NCBI RefSeq assembly: GCF_018350175.1
Contig: NC_058373.1
Span: forward strand, 100,628,001-100,692,000
DNA: 64,000 nucleotides
From: Felis catus
Taxonomy: Eukaryota
Direction of reading: 5' to 3'
Each line of letters opens with the position of its first letter. Position 1 is the stretch's first letter. The notes under the pieces were generated by a model. That model had not been told where the DNA came from. It was given only the letters and a program-made list of their open reading frames with translations, and made no database searches. Below are positions 11,922 through 25,033 of this stretch, piece after piece. The position numbers and the translations under genes were made by a program.

Positions 11922-14900
11922 CTCTGGGTATTAATTTTGAGTCCTGAAACTTTGTTGGGTTCATTTATCAATTCTAATAGTTGTCTGGTGGAGTCTTTAG
12001 GATTTTCAGGTCATCTGCAAATAGTCTCAGTTTAACTTCTTCTTTACCAATATGGATGCCTCTTCTTTCTTTTTCTTGTCTGACTGCTATGGCTAGGTCT
12101 TTCAGTATTACGTTGAATACAAGTGGCAAGAGTGGACATCCTTGTCTTGTTCCTTATCTTAGAGGAAAAGCTCTAAGTGTTGCACTATTGACTATGATGT
12201 TAGCTCTGAGTTATCATAAATAGCCTTTAATACGTTGAAGGATGTTCTCTCTAAACACACTTTGTTGAGAGTTTTTGTCATGAATGGATGTCGAAGTTTG
12301 TCAAATGCTTTTTCTGAATCTATTGAGATAATCATATGATTTTCATACTTTGTTTTGTTAATGTGATGTACCACATTGACTGACTTGCAAATACTGAATC
12401 ATACTTGCATCCCTGGAATAAATCACACTTAATCATGGTGAATGATCTTTTTAATGTATTATTGTATTTGGTTTGCTAGTATTTTGTTGAGGATTTTTAC
12501 ATCTATGTTCATCAGGGATATTGGCCTATAGTTTCTTTCTTTCTTTCTTTCTTTTTTTTTTTTTTTTGGTAGTGTCTGTCTAGTTTTGGTGTCAGGGTAT
12601 TGCTGGCCTAGTGGAATATATTTGGAAGATTTCCTTCCTCTTATATTTTTTGTTTTGAAATAATAGAAGAAGAGTAAGTATTAACTCTTTTCTAAACATT
12701 CAGTAGAATTTACCTGTGAAACCATCTGGCCCTAGACTTTTATTTTTTGATAGTTTTTTGATTACTGATTCTATTTTTTTACTTGCAATCAGTCTTTTCA
12801 GATTTTTTATTTCTTTCTGGTTCAGTATTGGAAAGTTGTATGTTTCCAGAAATTTATTCACTCCTTCTAGTTTGTCCAATTTGTTGACATATTATTTTTT
12901 ATAGTATTCTCTTGTAGTCCTTTGTATTTCTGTGGTCAGAAATTTCACCTCTCACTTCTGATTTATTTATTTGGGTCCTTTCTCTTTTTTTCTTCATGAG
13001 TCTGGCTAAGGGTTGATGAATTATGTTTAGATTTGCAAGGAACCAGGTATTGGTTTTATTGATCCCCCCACCCTCTGCTCTTAGTCTCTATGTCATTTAT
13101 TTCTGCTCTGATCCTTATTGTTTCTTTCCTTGTACTCATCTTGGACTTTGTTCTTTCTCTAGTTTCTTTAAGTGTAAGGTTAGATTATTTATTTGAGCTT
13201 TTTTTTTGTTTCTTGAGGTAGTCCTGTATCACTATGTATTTCCCTCTTAGAAGTGCTTTTGCTGCATCTCAAAGATTTTGGACCATTGTGTTTTCATTTT
13301 CATTTGTTTCCATGTATTTTTTGATTTCTTCTTTGATTGCTTCATTGATCTATTGGTTGTTTAGCATCGTATTGTTTAGTCTCCACATGTTTGTGCTTTT
13401 GGTAAGTTTTTTTTCTTATGGTTGATTAATAGTTTCATACTATTATGATTGGAAAAGATGGGTGGTATGATTTCAATCTTCTTAAATCGATTAAGGCTGG
13501 CTTTGTGCTCTAATACATGATCTATTCTGGAGATTGTCCCATGTGCACTTGAAAAGAATGTGTATTCTTTTGTTTTGGGATGGAATGCTCTGTATACACC
13601 TGTTATGTCCATCTGGTCCAATGTGTCATTCACAGACACCGTTTCCTTATTGATTTTCTGTTTGGATAACTTATCCATTGATGTAAGTGGGGTATTAAAG
13701 TCCCCTACTATTGTTCTGTTACCATCAATTTCTTTATGTCTATTAATTAATTATGTCTATTAATACATTTGCTTTATGTATTTAGGTGCTGCAGTGTTGG
13801 GAGTGTAGATACTTACAATTGTTATATACTCTTACTGGATCGATCCCTTTATCATTATGTAATGACCTTCTTTGTCTCTTGTTAAAGCCTTTGTTTTAAA
13901 GTCTATTTTATATTATATAATTATGGCTACTTAGCCCTTTTGCTCTTTTCTAAATCTCCATTTGCATGGTAAATGTTTTCCCAATCCTTCACTTTCAGTC
14001 TGTATGTATCTTTAGTTCTGAGGTGAACCTCTTATAGGCAGTGTATAGCTGGAACTTTTTTTTTTCTTAACCCATTCTGCCATCCTATGTCTTTTGTTTG
14101 GAACTCGTAGGCCATTTGCATTTAAAGTATTTGATAGGTATATACTTACTACCATTTTGTTATTTGTTTTCTCTTTGTTTTTGTGGTTGCTCTCAGTTCT
14201 TTTCTTCTTCTCTTGCTCTCTGTGATTGATAGGTTACTATAGTGTCAATTTGGCTTTCTTTCTCTTTCTCTTTAGTGTATCTATCATAGGTTTTGGCTTT
14301 GTGGTTATGATAAGGTTCATATATAACATTCTAAGTAAAGAGCAGTGTATTTTAATTTGATGGTCATTTAAGTTCAAACACTTTAAAAAAAACAGAAAAA
14401 GCCTTTTTTCTTTTCTTTTCCCCTTCCTTTCCTTCTTTTTTTTCAATTCCTCTCTACATGTTTTGTATGTGTTGTCATATTTTACATCTTTTTATTTGTG
14501 ATTTTCTTATGTCTAATTATGGGAATTTCTTCTCAACATAAGCCCCTTTAAACACTTCTTGTAAGGCTGGTTTAGTGGAGATAAATTCCTTTATCTTTCA
14601 TTTGTCTGGGAAACTCTTTGTCTCTCCTTTAAATCTGAATAATAACCTTTCTGGGTAGAATAATCTTTGTTGTAGGTTTTTTCCTTTCAGCACTTTGAAC
14701 ATATCATGCTCCTCCCTTCTGGCCTGCAAATTTTCTGCTGAAAAATCAGCTGATAGCTTTATAGATTTTCCCTTGTAGGTAACTTTTTGCTTCTCTCTTG
14801 CTGATTTTTAAATTCTCTCTTCATTTTTAATCTTTGGCATTTTGATTATTATGTGCCATGGTGTGGACCTCCTTGAGTTTATTTTGTTTGGAACTCCTGT

Positions 14901-15534
14901 ACTTTGTGAACCTGGATGTCTATTTCCTTTCCCAGGTTAGGAAAGTTTTCAGCTGTTATTTCTTCAAATAAATTTTCTACCACTTTGTCTCTCTTCTTCT
15001 TCTGAAACCCCTATAATGTAAATGTTTGTTTGCTTGATGTTGCCTAAGACCCTTGACCTATCCTCATTTAAACTTTTTTTTCCCTCTTTTTGCTGTTCCG
15101 CTTGGGTGCTTTCAATTACCCTGTCTTCCAGATCATTAATACATTCTTCTGCATCTGCTAATCTACTCTTGATTCCCTCTGGTATGTTTTTAATTTCAGT
15201 TTTTGTATTCTTCAAATTTGATTAATTCTTATATTTTCTATCTCTTTGTTGAAGATCTCAGTAAGTTCTTACATTCTTCTTTCTAGCCTGGTGAGTATCT
15301 TACAATCATTTCTTTAAACTCTTCAGATATATTGCTTATCTCCATTTCATTTAGTTTTTTTTTTTTTCCGAGGTTTTGTCTTATTCTTTCTTTTGGAACA
15401 TATATCTATTTCCCCATTTTCCTTGATTTTCTGTGTTTGTTTCCATGGATTAGGTATAACAGCGACTTCTCCTAAACTTGAAGTGATGGTCTTATGTATG
15501 GTCAGCTCCTAGGTAGGCTGTGTGCGTGGTGACT

Positions 15535-15764
15535 TTTTTTTTTTTTTTAATTTTTTTTTTCAACATTTATTTATTTTTGGGACAGAGCGAGACAGAGCAT
15601 GAACGGGGGAGGGGCAGAGAGAGAGGGAGACACAGAATTGGAAACAAGCTTCCAGGCTCTGAGCCATCAGCCCAGAGCCTGACGCGGGGCTCGAACTCAC
15701 GGACCGCAAGATCGTGACCTGGCTGAAGTCGGACGCTTAACCGACTGCGCCACCCAGGCGCCCC
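15535..15764 (-). mobile_element. Young feline-type Can-SINE
   Basis: Intact body; TSD tggtgactttt. Confidence 0.97.
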
Positions 15765-15854
15765 TATGGTGACTTTTGCTGGCTGCCTGGAGCTGTGGCT
15801 AGCATGGGCTGGGGTTCCTGTGGCTTTTACACAGCAGATGCCCTGTCAGATCGT

Positions 15855-16036
15855 GTGGTGACATTTTACTTGTGAACTGGCTAATGCATTCAGCAAGACT
15901 GCTGGATTTCCTTGTGGGAATCATCCATCTTTCTTTGGTATTGGTTACTTGTAATGGATCAGTTGATTTTCCGGATAACTTGACTCAATTGTTAGGTGGT
16001 TTTTTAAAAACTTTTTTAATGTTTATTTTTTTTGTT

Positions 16037-16073
<37 letters not shown>

Positions 16074-17400
16074 ATGAGTGGGGGAGGGGCAGGGAGAGAG
16101 GGAGACGCAGAATCTAAAGCAGGCTCCAGTCTCTGAGCTGTCTGCACAGAGCATGATGCAGAGATAAAACCCACAATCCATGAGATTATGACCTGAATTG
16201 AAGCTGGATGCTTAACTGACTGAGCCATCCAGGCAACCCCTCAATTGTTAGGTCGCTTTTAAGATGACAACACCACAACAGGTCACACAGCCATAAATTT
16301 GACATGCTTTATCACATCCTATTTAGGAAAGAAATTTCCTATCTCTACCAAAATACTTAGAGACCTTTCATGGGAGCAGCTTTGTAATTGAATTTTCACA
16401 GAAATAGAGTGTAGAAGAGAATCAGAGAACAGATGGTATATTTTTGGAGACTGTCTTACTTTTATAGATCTTGCAAATAAGACCACTTCTCGTTTGCTAA
16501 TGATATTGCTACTACAAATTTCATTGCCTGGTCCTGCATCAATTGTGATTCATGGTGCCAAAATATTACAACACTGTGTGACAATGTCTTGGGTGTATTT
16601 TGGCTAAAAACAGATCATAGGGTACTCTTTATGACTGGCATTGGATTTATATACAAAGACCTCCTGGCTGCTATTTGCAAACTGTACAGGAACTTGTTAT
16701 GTTGGTAAACCAATACTTGCATCTAGGATAGTTCCTGATCTTACATGGAGCCCATTTTGGTCAACTGGATTCCCTCATAGAACAAGATGTTATAAGATAA
16801 CTTAAATCAAGAAGGAGAAACTTGGGCTTTGATTGGAAAAGCAAAACCCTAACTACCTGAAGGGAATTCTGGACTGCTTTCTTCTCTCTTTCAGCCTCTT
16901 TCCTTAATGTTTTATAATAAGTCCAGAAAGTAGGGAAACCCTACATCTATAGTGCAGAGGGAGAGAGACATTTCTACCACGACTATAAAACTCTTTATCC
17001 AAGAAGTTCATGAAATTCAACAGGCACTTGTTCAGAAGAGAGCATTTTTGATTTAATATTGGCCTTTTGAAAGGTATCTTGTATAGTTTTTGAGGAAGAA
17101 TGTTGTGTTTATATTCCTGCAGACCTCTTTGGGATCTTTAATATCATTAAAAAGCTCTAGAGAATAAATAAGTAAATTACAAAATTAGATAATTTGGCTG
17201 ATATTGGATACATGGTTCTGCGGACTCTTCAGATTGGGGATGGGATATGTCCTCTGGTTTAATTTGGACATTCTAGGCTAGGGATGAAAAGTAGACTATG
17301 AACTCTGATCATAATTCCTTCTCTTATTTGTGCTTCAGTGTTCAGATGAGTGATATTCTGAGTCCAAGTCCTGATGTGTAGTCATTGACCCATCAATTGA
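15855..17400 (+). pseudogene. env: Decayed gamma-type ERV env
   Basis: NC*V (CWxC-like remnant) at ~16243; ANCTGTCYVGKP at ~16677; immunosuppressive-domain remnant QQALVQKRAF/DLILA followed by CIVFEEECC (CX6CC) at 17080-17106; multiple stops. Confidence 0.8.
16000..16240 (-). mobile_element. Can-SINE inserted in env
   Basis: TSD tcaattgttaggt at 15985 and 16241. Confidence 0.95.
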
Positions 17401-17560
17401 TCATCCAAAAAAAGAATTAAGGAGGTTGAAAAGACCACCTTGACACATGATACATAATCACTGCTGTCAAAGAGTAGTGAACTTCTGGACTGATCATGCT
17501 CCCAGATGCTAAGGGCCCACCCTTCAGTTTAGGCTTAAGAATGACCACAAGAGAGGACAC

Positions 17561-18073
17561 TGAAAACTGAAACCATTTACATGCAAAGAGCATGCATTCT
17601 GCATTAATATAACGTTCTTATTTAAATGTTTTCATTATGGCTTTATTACTTCAGGAAGTTCTTAACTGGGAAGATAAAAATGATAAATAAACGCATTTTC
17701 CATTTCAAGAACTTCTTTAAAAACCTATTTAAATAGACATCAAAGTATCTAATACATGGCATAAAATGACAATTTATTCCCTAAGACTCTTTAAAACTCT
17801 TGCCTCAAAACACTTAATCTTGCTGTATACACCCATCCTGAACTATTGTATTACCATCCTTACCCAATGTTAATCAAACCACCTCTTTATTTGACAACTT
17901 CCCTTAAACCAAAAGCTCAAACCTCATAAACATCCCAACTTAGTCTTTTCCATTCAAGACACAACTAAGACTCTGTCAAGGTGCTGCTTTTTTGTATCAT
18001 AGTAAGCAATAAATTCAGCTATGCCTTATGAAGAGATTATTTAGGCAGTATTTTGAGGGAGTCAGCATCAGCA
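17561..18073 (+). mobile_element. 3' LTR of the ERV1 provirus (MER67/MER31-group-like)
   Basis: Purine tract aagagaggacac (17549-17560) then TG...CA; AATAAA at 18008; end 'gggagtcagcatcagca'. Confidence 0.7.
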
Positions 18074-18704
18074 ATACTTAGCAGTGGGTATAGCATGGGT
18101 ACTTGCCAATCAGAAGACATACTGGCTGTGTCACTGGAGCAGGCTCCTGGAAGTCCTGACTGTGCCTGGGAATAACCCTGTAGTTATTGGATTGTGGAGG
18201 AGGTAAGGAACGCTCTGAGAGTGGAGGAGAGTCAGGGTGGCCAGGTCTAGTGGGTGGAGGAGAGTGGGGCAGCATCTGTTTACCAATTAGTTTAGAAACT
18301 TTTCAACATTTTAACAATTGGCTAAAACATTGCACTGGGTGTAGTGGTAGGTACCAGCTAAATAGCGGTTCTTGGCGGAGTGATCATGGTAAACCAGATG
18401 GAAAAAAAAACAAACAAAACATGGATGCCAGTATAGATTGATGACTATTTGAGGGAATAGACCTATTTGTCTCTTGGCTGCCTTGCCACCCCCTGGAACT
18501 TAAAAAGAACCCTTAGAAGAGTTACACAAAACAAAACATCTGTTAGGAAAGTGGGACATTAAATTGGTTAAGATTAAGTTTTTGCCACTTGGTTAAATAG
18601 GAATTCAACATAGACATTATATCTAATCCTGGAGAAACAAAGTTACCTTTTTGGGGGTACACTTCAGGCTATAGACTGAGATTCAGAAGAGCTAGTGTAA
18701 ATTT

Positions 18705-19580
18705 TTTTTTTTTACAAATGAGATCACTGTTTTTTTCTACTTAGTAATATGTCTATGATATAACTATAACAGTAACTTACCTTATCCTTTAATATGGTTA
18801 CATAGTATTTTACTGGCTGAATGCACTAGGAGTGATATAACAATTTCTCTGGACATTTATATTGTTAGAATTGTGTTGCTATGATAAACATTGCTGAACC
18901 AAAGCATCTTTTTACATACATTTGAGGAAAAATTCCTGCAAATGGAATTTGATATTGCCTAATTATCTATCAAAAAGTTTACATCAATTTATATTTCACA
19001 TCATGTATGAAAATGGGTATTTTATCATTACCAATATTCTGTATTATAAATTTTGATATATTTGCCAGTCTGCTAGGTGGAAAACAATATCTTTTTCAAA
19101 ATGTTTATTTAAGTGGAAGTGAAGTTAAAGTTATTTATATATCTTTAGTGACCACTTTGTGTGTGTGTTTGTGTGTGTGTACTGACTGCTCATGTTGTCT
19201 ACTTTTTAAAAATTTCTTGTTCATTTTGATGTGATTTGAACTCTGTTGATGAAATTATTCTCTAATCTATTTTGTGTGTTACACTGTTTTCCCATATATA
19301 TATATATATATTTTGGACTGGATTCATGGTGATCATGAATTTCCTATATGGAAGTTTGGTATTTATATGTAATTAGATTGCTAACTTTTCTCCTTTATTT
19401 TCCTAGATTCAATATCATACTTAGAAAGTCTTTTCTTTACTCCAAGAATATTATTTTTAAAAACCTCAATCATGTTCTATTATTTTTTTGGTTCCTTTTT
19501 TTATTTTTGAATCTTTGGCATATTAGAAAGTCATTTTGATGTAATATGTGAGGTAGTAATCCAACTTTAATTTTGCAAAA
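18705..19580 (-). mobile_element. Highly diverged L1ME-like fragments
   Basis: T-rich antisense L1-like phrases such as 'gctatgataaacattgctgaac', 'tttgccagtctgctaggtggaaaac', 'atgtgaggtagtaatccaacttt'. Confidence 0.5.
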
Positions 19581-20434
19581 TACTCTCACTTTCTACTTGC
19601 TCAAATTTGAGTATAATGGGTTGATTGCTTACTTGTTTGGAATCTGTAATGACATTTTCCCCAAGACTTTCTGAATGAGAGTGCTTAAATTCCACTCTAG
19701 GGGTAGTCTTTAGCAATTCATTCTGCATGTTGTTTTCCCACAATTGCTGGCTGATGGCAATGGGAAAAAAATTCTATTGAAACTAGAATAGGCTGCAGTG
19801 CTTTAACATAATAAGGGAGTGGCTTGATTCACAACAGAAGAGATGGCTTTAAGAAAAATCTTGGCAGACATTTTGGATGGGAAAAATGAACCCCTCCCCC
19901 TCCATCCACCTCACCCCAGGGCATAGTCCATAAACTGTGGGTGAATTGCTTTGCATGAGAAAAGGAAAGGGAAATTGAGAGTCCTAACCTCACAGTTAGG
20001 AGAACCAGGGGATGGGAAAAGGATCTTGGGAAGAACTTGGGAGAAGATGGCAACAAGCCAGAGCCCAAGGGAGAATTTGGACAGCAAGAAACTGCCCCAG
20101 GGAGAATGAGTAGTGGCTTTTTAGACGAGCGATTTTCAATATCCCATTTTAAGTTGTTGCTTGCATTTCATTATGTTATGATCTCCTTCTACCAAGCATG
20201 TCATACACACCAGTTTGTATTAGTGGTGCTCTATGGGGAGTGAAGAAAGTGGGGGTGGTATTTCCTCCCAGGACAGAAGAGATGGCATCAGCTACCAGGA
20301 TATAGGGGAATACAAGGCAGTTGGCTTCAGAGTGGACCTACCAGAGCAGCCTATCCCTTTCTCAATGCCCCTACTCCAACCACACATAGAGAGAATGAAA
20401 GTTCTATGATGGCAGGAATTTTTAAACCTATGTT

Positions 20435-20520
20435 TCTCAGGCTCTATCTCTAGTGCCTGGAATAGAGTATATGACACAGGGTAGTCACTCACACGAAGAG
20501 TTGGAATGAATGAATGAAAA
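20435..20520 (+). mobile_element. L2 3' tail
   Basis: 'ctatctctagtgcctggaatagag...gaatgaatgaatgaa'. Confidence 0.65.
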
Positions 20521-21349
20521 TCCAGCCAGAGATTCTAGCCAGCCCATAGTACTTAGGATGGAGGTTTGAACCAGTGCATTTGGATGTTAAAGCAAAAGGT
20601 GACCCCAGAAGATTAGAGACTCGGGAATCTGGCTTTAAGTCCTCAGCTGGGAATCTTGGCTGTTTTAGCTCTTTTCTCTCATGTGAGATGTCTGTGCGTA
20701 CGTTTGAATTTGCTATCTGTGGATAAGCAATCTGTGACACTGCAATGATGGAAAGTTCTTTAAATTATGTCCTCAATGGAATCTCAGCTGAAAATGGATC
20801 TTCCATTGCATATTACCATGACACTTTCTATGTAGCTCAGTTACCTCAGTCCCCCAGGGACATTACACCTACAATGAGGTGATTTGGGGCTCAAAGGAAG
20901 CCTTTTAGCCAGCAGTTTATCCTCCCACAGGGAGGTCATTTAATTTTTGGAAGAAAGGACCCAGAAAGGGAAGGCCTTAGTTCAGGAGTCTTCTTCGTGT
21001 GACCATGGTGAAGAGGTATTACTCTCAATAAGGAATGGTCTTTGTGAATCTACCAAAGTGAGGACTGGGGCTTTGAAGAATTCTTTCAGAAACTTGTATG
21101 CCTCTACCATGGGTGTGATTCAGGTGATCCTCAGATAAAATGATGTCCATTCTGCGCTGTGGTGATAAAATGCAAAATACATCTGTGGAAGTGCTTGACT
21201 AGGTTAGGAACCGCTGGTGGTCTGAGGCTTGGAGTGGGAGTTACCATTCTAAGATGGCGAAAATATTTGAGAACAATGATCTGGCCTCACAGAGAGGAAA
21301 AAGGTGACCTAGGCAGTTGGCCTCTGATTCTTTGAACACACAGCTTTCT

Positions 21350-21505
21350 AAAGATCCTCTGAGCTTCAGTTTCCTTATGTAAAAAATGGAAGTCATGATA
21401 CCTATCCTGCTGGGTTTTGGTGAGGTTTAGAGGTAATCTATCTATAAATACCTGGCTGAATCCTAGGTATCCGATCAACACTGAATAAATGGTAGCTGTT
21501 ATGAT
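21350..21505 (+). mobile_element. MIR
   Basis: Core 'cctctgagcttcagtttccttatgtaaaaaatggaag...ggttttggtgagg'. Confidence 0.75.
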
Positions 21506-21944
21506 CATAAACGTGTTTCAGGTTTGCTTAGAAATGATTAGACAGCTGGTAGCTCAGGAAAGTCCAAATAAAGGACATACGGAGGCCAGATTATTAACAT
21601 ATTAACATAGACACAAAGTACCTGATTGGCACCTCTTTCCTCCTCTAATGTAGGAAGCTAGGCAAGAGGCCACACGTTTATATATATTCACCAGAGCTAA
21701 AATGGTTTTCAATTGCTGGAAACATGTTTAAAAGATAGTTTTATTTTCCTGGCAGAGCCTCATGAAGTAAAGGAAATAATAATGAATAATCAAAATGATA
21801 ACAATAATTTGTGTTTTAGAGCATTTACTAGGCACAAGACCTTGTACTGAGCACTCTCCTGGCATTTTCTCCCATCTGTTGGCCCTCAGAGATCCATGCC
21901 CTCTGGTTCTGGCCCAGGAGGTAGTAGATGAGCTGGACTGAGGA

Positions 21945-22320
21945 ACTTTATGTTTATCCCATTAAACTCATTCTGGTTAGATCTGGCCTGTTAGTGTAGA
22001 TGGTTGTGATTTTCTGTATTCTAGTTCAGTCATTCTCCATGATTGTTCTTTTCTCTCTCCAAGCTTTCTGAACATTTGATCATTGGGCCACAATTTGATC
22101 ATTACCCTCATTTAAGTTGTCAATAAAAGCACGAACTAGTCAGGGACAAGGACAAAGCTCTGTTGGATGTTTTTAGAAATCCCTCTCTGGGGTGACTTTA
22201 ATAATTTAGCATTCTTTGGGTTTGCTCTACTATGCTTTTAAGTAGTACACATTTATCCATTTGTTTGCAAGGATATCATGATTCCTGAAATATAGATTTG
22301 TAATATCTATAGCAGCCAAT
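21945..22320 (-). mobile_element. L3/CR1 LINE fragment
   Basis: 'tcatttaagttgtcaataaaagcacgaactagtcagggacaaggacaaagctctgtt' resembles the antisense CR1 RT region. Confidence 0.55.
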
Positions 22321-22350
22321 CTTAGCACTCAACACCACTAATCTTAGCAA

Positions 22351-22396
22351 CCCCCCCCCCCCCAAACACACACACACACACACACACATACACACA
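22351..22396. repeat. Poly(C) followed by (CA)n microsatellite
   Basis: Seen directly. Confidence 0.9.
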
Positions 22397-23359
22397 AAAC
22401 CCCCTTGTTTTGGGTGTTTTTGAATGCAGGGTGTTTCCTTATGATCACAAGTTCCCCTTTAAATGCTTACTGTCTTTTAAATAATTCATTTTAGAATTTT
22501 TCCAAGAATTAATGGCAGACTTACCTGCCACCCACTTTGGTTTTATAAAAGTTATGTTCTTCCCTTTGTTGAAAACCAAGAATAAGAAAAGGTATTCTCC
22601 AGATTTCTGGTACCTCTTCTCTTTTCTTTGGGAAGTTATTGATGACAAGTTTTAGAAAAGAGATAAGGTGTTGAGTTAATTGGAGGGGATTTTAAGGTGT
22701 TGAGTTAATTGGAGGGGAATAAAAGTCAGATCTTAGATTTCAAAATGCCTTTTCACAATATGTCCAAAGCATTTTTTGATTTGTTCTGAGTTCAAGCATA
22801 AGAGTAAGAATTTCAGTCCACTAAGAAATTTATGTATAGATAGCCCTTTGGCTTATTTTTGGTACTTTTTCTTTCTGTCGGGTGGTTATTTTCACAACAG
22901 CACAATTTATGGAACATGGCACCATTCTTGCCCTTTTTAATATGTAAATCATGCTGTTTCAAATATGTCTTTGATGATTACATTCGACTGGATATTTGAG
23001 AGTACCAGAAAAAGAATATCATAAAAATTGTACCTAATGAAGAGTTTCAGTCATTAGTCTTTCAAAGCTTTTCATTTCAATCTTTTATTCTTAAAGGATA
23101 AGAAGCCACAAGAGGCCTGATTTCAAGCCCTCAACTTTGGTTTGCCCAAATGCATAATTGAGCTTTTCTTTTTCATTCTGACAATCAGCTACAGAACACT
23201 GGAGTCTGCAGCATTGGCCAGTATCTTTATCTAGGATTGTATATATCACATTTTAAGGCATATTCTTCTAAGGAGTGATTCTGGAACTTGCAGCCTGATT
23301 CTGGAACTTGCAGCCTAGAGTCTGGGAGTCAGGGACTTGGATGGATTATGCAGCCTACT

Positions 23360-23379
23360 TTTTTTTTTTTAATGTCTAT

Positions 23380-23426
<47 letters not shown>

Positions 23427-23611
23427 TTTGAGAGAGAGAGACAGAGAGTGAGCGGGGAGGGGCAGAGAGAGAGGGAGACACAGAACCTGAAGCAGGCCCC
23501 AGGCTCCGAGCTGTCAGCACAGAGCCCCACATGGAGCTCGAACCCACGTACCATGAGATCATGATCTGAGCTGAAGTCAGACGCTTAACCAACTGAGCCA
23601 CCCAGGTGTCC
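23360..23611 (-). mobile_element. Can-SINE with (TAAA)n tail
   Basis: TSD ttatgcagcct(a/g)ctt. Confidence 0.96.
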
Positions 23612-24369
23612 CTTATGCAGCCTGCTTCTAGAGCAATATTAAATCACCCAAGCTCTGGAAAGTTTACCATTGTCTGGGCTGCTTGTTTAACACCAAGACT
23701 AAAGTCAACTATATAGTCATTCCTCACATTGTGGCCCAGGTACATTTGGGAAATTTTAGTAGAAACTGAGTTGAGGATTGGACAATATTTTAAAGTTACG
23801 CTAGTGGCTTAATAGTTGAAAGAATTTTTTAAGATCTTTCTTTTGCAGTATAAAAGAACACTGTCTAATGTATCATCTGCATAAATATGGATTTTCATTT
23901 GATTTTTTTTAAATAGACTTTTTTTTTAAAAACCTGATTCTATTTCTTTAAGAGAGACTGTGCAAACAGTGGTCTGCTCTGGAAGTCAGCATCCTGACAT
24001 TTGGCATATGTTCATGTTCACGGTACTTTCTTTGGGGATACGTTGCTCTATTTCTAAGAAAAGCATGTACCATAATTAAAATGGTCTAAATAGTTCCTGT
24101 TTTAACATGGTAGCTTGAGAAACATCAAGTAAAGATTGACTTTAAAAGCTGTCAGAACTTTCTCTCCTGGCTGGCTTTTAGATGATGCTATTTTCTGGAC
24201 AAGGATACGATACTATGTTCAATAAGTGACTTAAAAAGAATAAAATGATATATTTGGTATTATCAACATCAGCATAATTATAAGTAATGCAAAACTCCAA
24301 TAATTTGCACCATACAAATTTGGATTTAGGTAATTTGACTAGATCATGTGTGGTGATTTAGCTCTTAGC

Positions 24370-24670
24370 TCTGGTTTTGCATTAGAATTACTGAGCTCTG
24401 GAAAGACACTGATGCCTGAGCCTCACATCCGGCGATTCTGACTGAATTGGTCTGGGAAGTGGGCCAGATACTATGTTGTCAAAGGTCCCCGGGTAATTGT
24501 AATGTTCAGTCAAGGCTGGGAGCCACTGTTACATAGCCTTGAAACTTAAAGTGTGGTCTTATGGACAGTATTCGCCTCACCAGGAACGTGTTAAAAATTC
24601 AGACTCTCAGGGCCCACCCCCAACTTCCTGAATCAGAATCTGCATTTTAGGCAGATCTTGGGGAGATTCA
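24370..24670. mobile_element. Two adjacent MER5-type hAT-Charlie fragments
   Basis: 'gcattagaattactg...gattctgactgaattggtctggg' and 'aaagtgtggtc...cctgaatcagaatctgcatttta'. Confidence 0.7.
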
Positions 24671-25033
24671 TTTGCAGCATGTTTTTCATAGCACTTTGAC
24701 TTTAAAAGGACTTTTATAGTTATTCTTTGGCTCACTTTTATATGGGGGGGTCTATTAAGTATATGGTGGGAACAGACACTTCTCTAGATAGTAAGATTGA
24801 GTAAGATGAGTAAGATTTGGGCCTACCTTCCAAGGAGCTCACAAAGGAGCAGGGTGGGAGGGGCTGGAGACAGACATGGAGAGCACATTCAGGACTAGAG
24901 CTGTAATACAATAGTGAGTTGTCTATAATTTCCTCAGAGGAGAAGAGAAAGGTGAAACACTTACCCACTCCACCCCATCCTCACTCAGGAGTGGGATTTA
25001 AGCTGGGTTTTTGAAATAGAAGCAGGTGTAGGG

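Larger units (their letters stand above)
10722..15850 (-). mobile_element. Decayed carnivore L1 (first 5' repeat unit, ORF1, most of ORF2)
   Basis: Minus-strand ORFs: ORF1-like KSRLADAEECINDLEDRVIE; endonuclease [66 protein letters not shown]. Confidence 0.96.

Noticed and set aside
15855..17400. Functional syncytin-like env
   Set aside because: Multiple stops and frameshifts plus a SINE insertion; no long ORF
23953..24022. Possible + strand exon (tttctttaag|AGAG...CACG|gtactt)
   Set aside because: Weak donor, unrecognised peptides and no partner exons I can support
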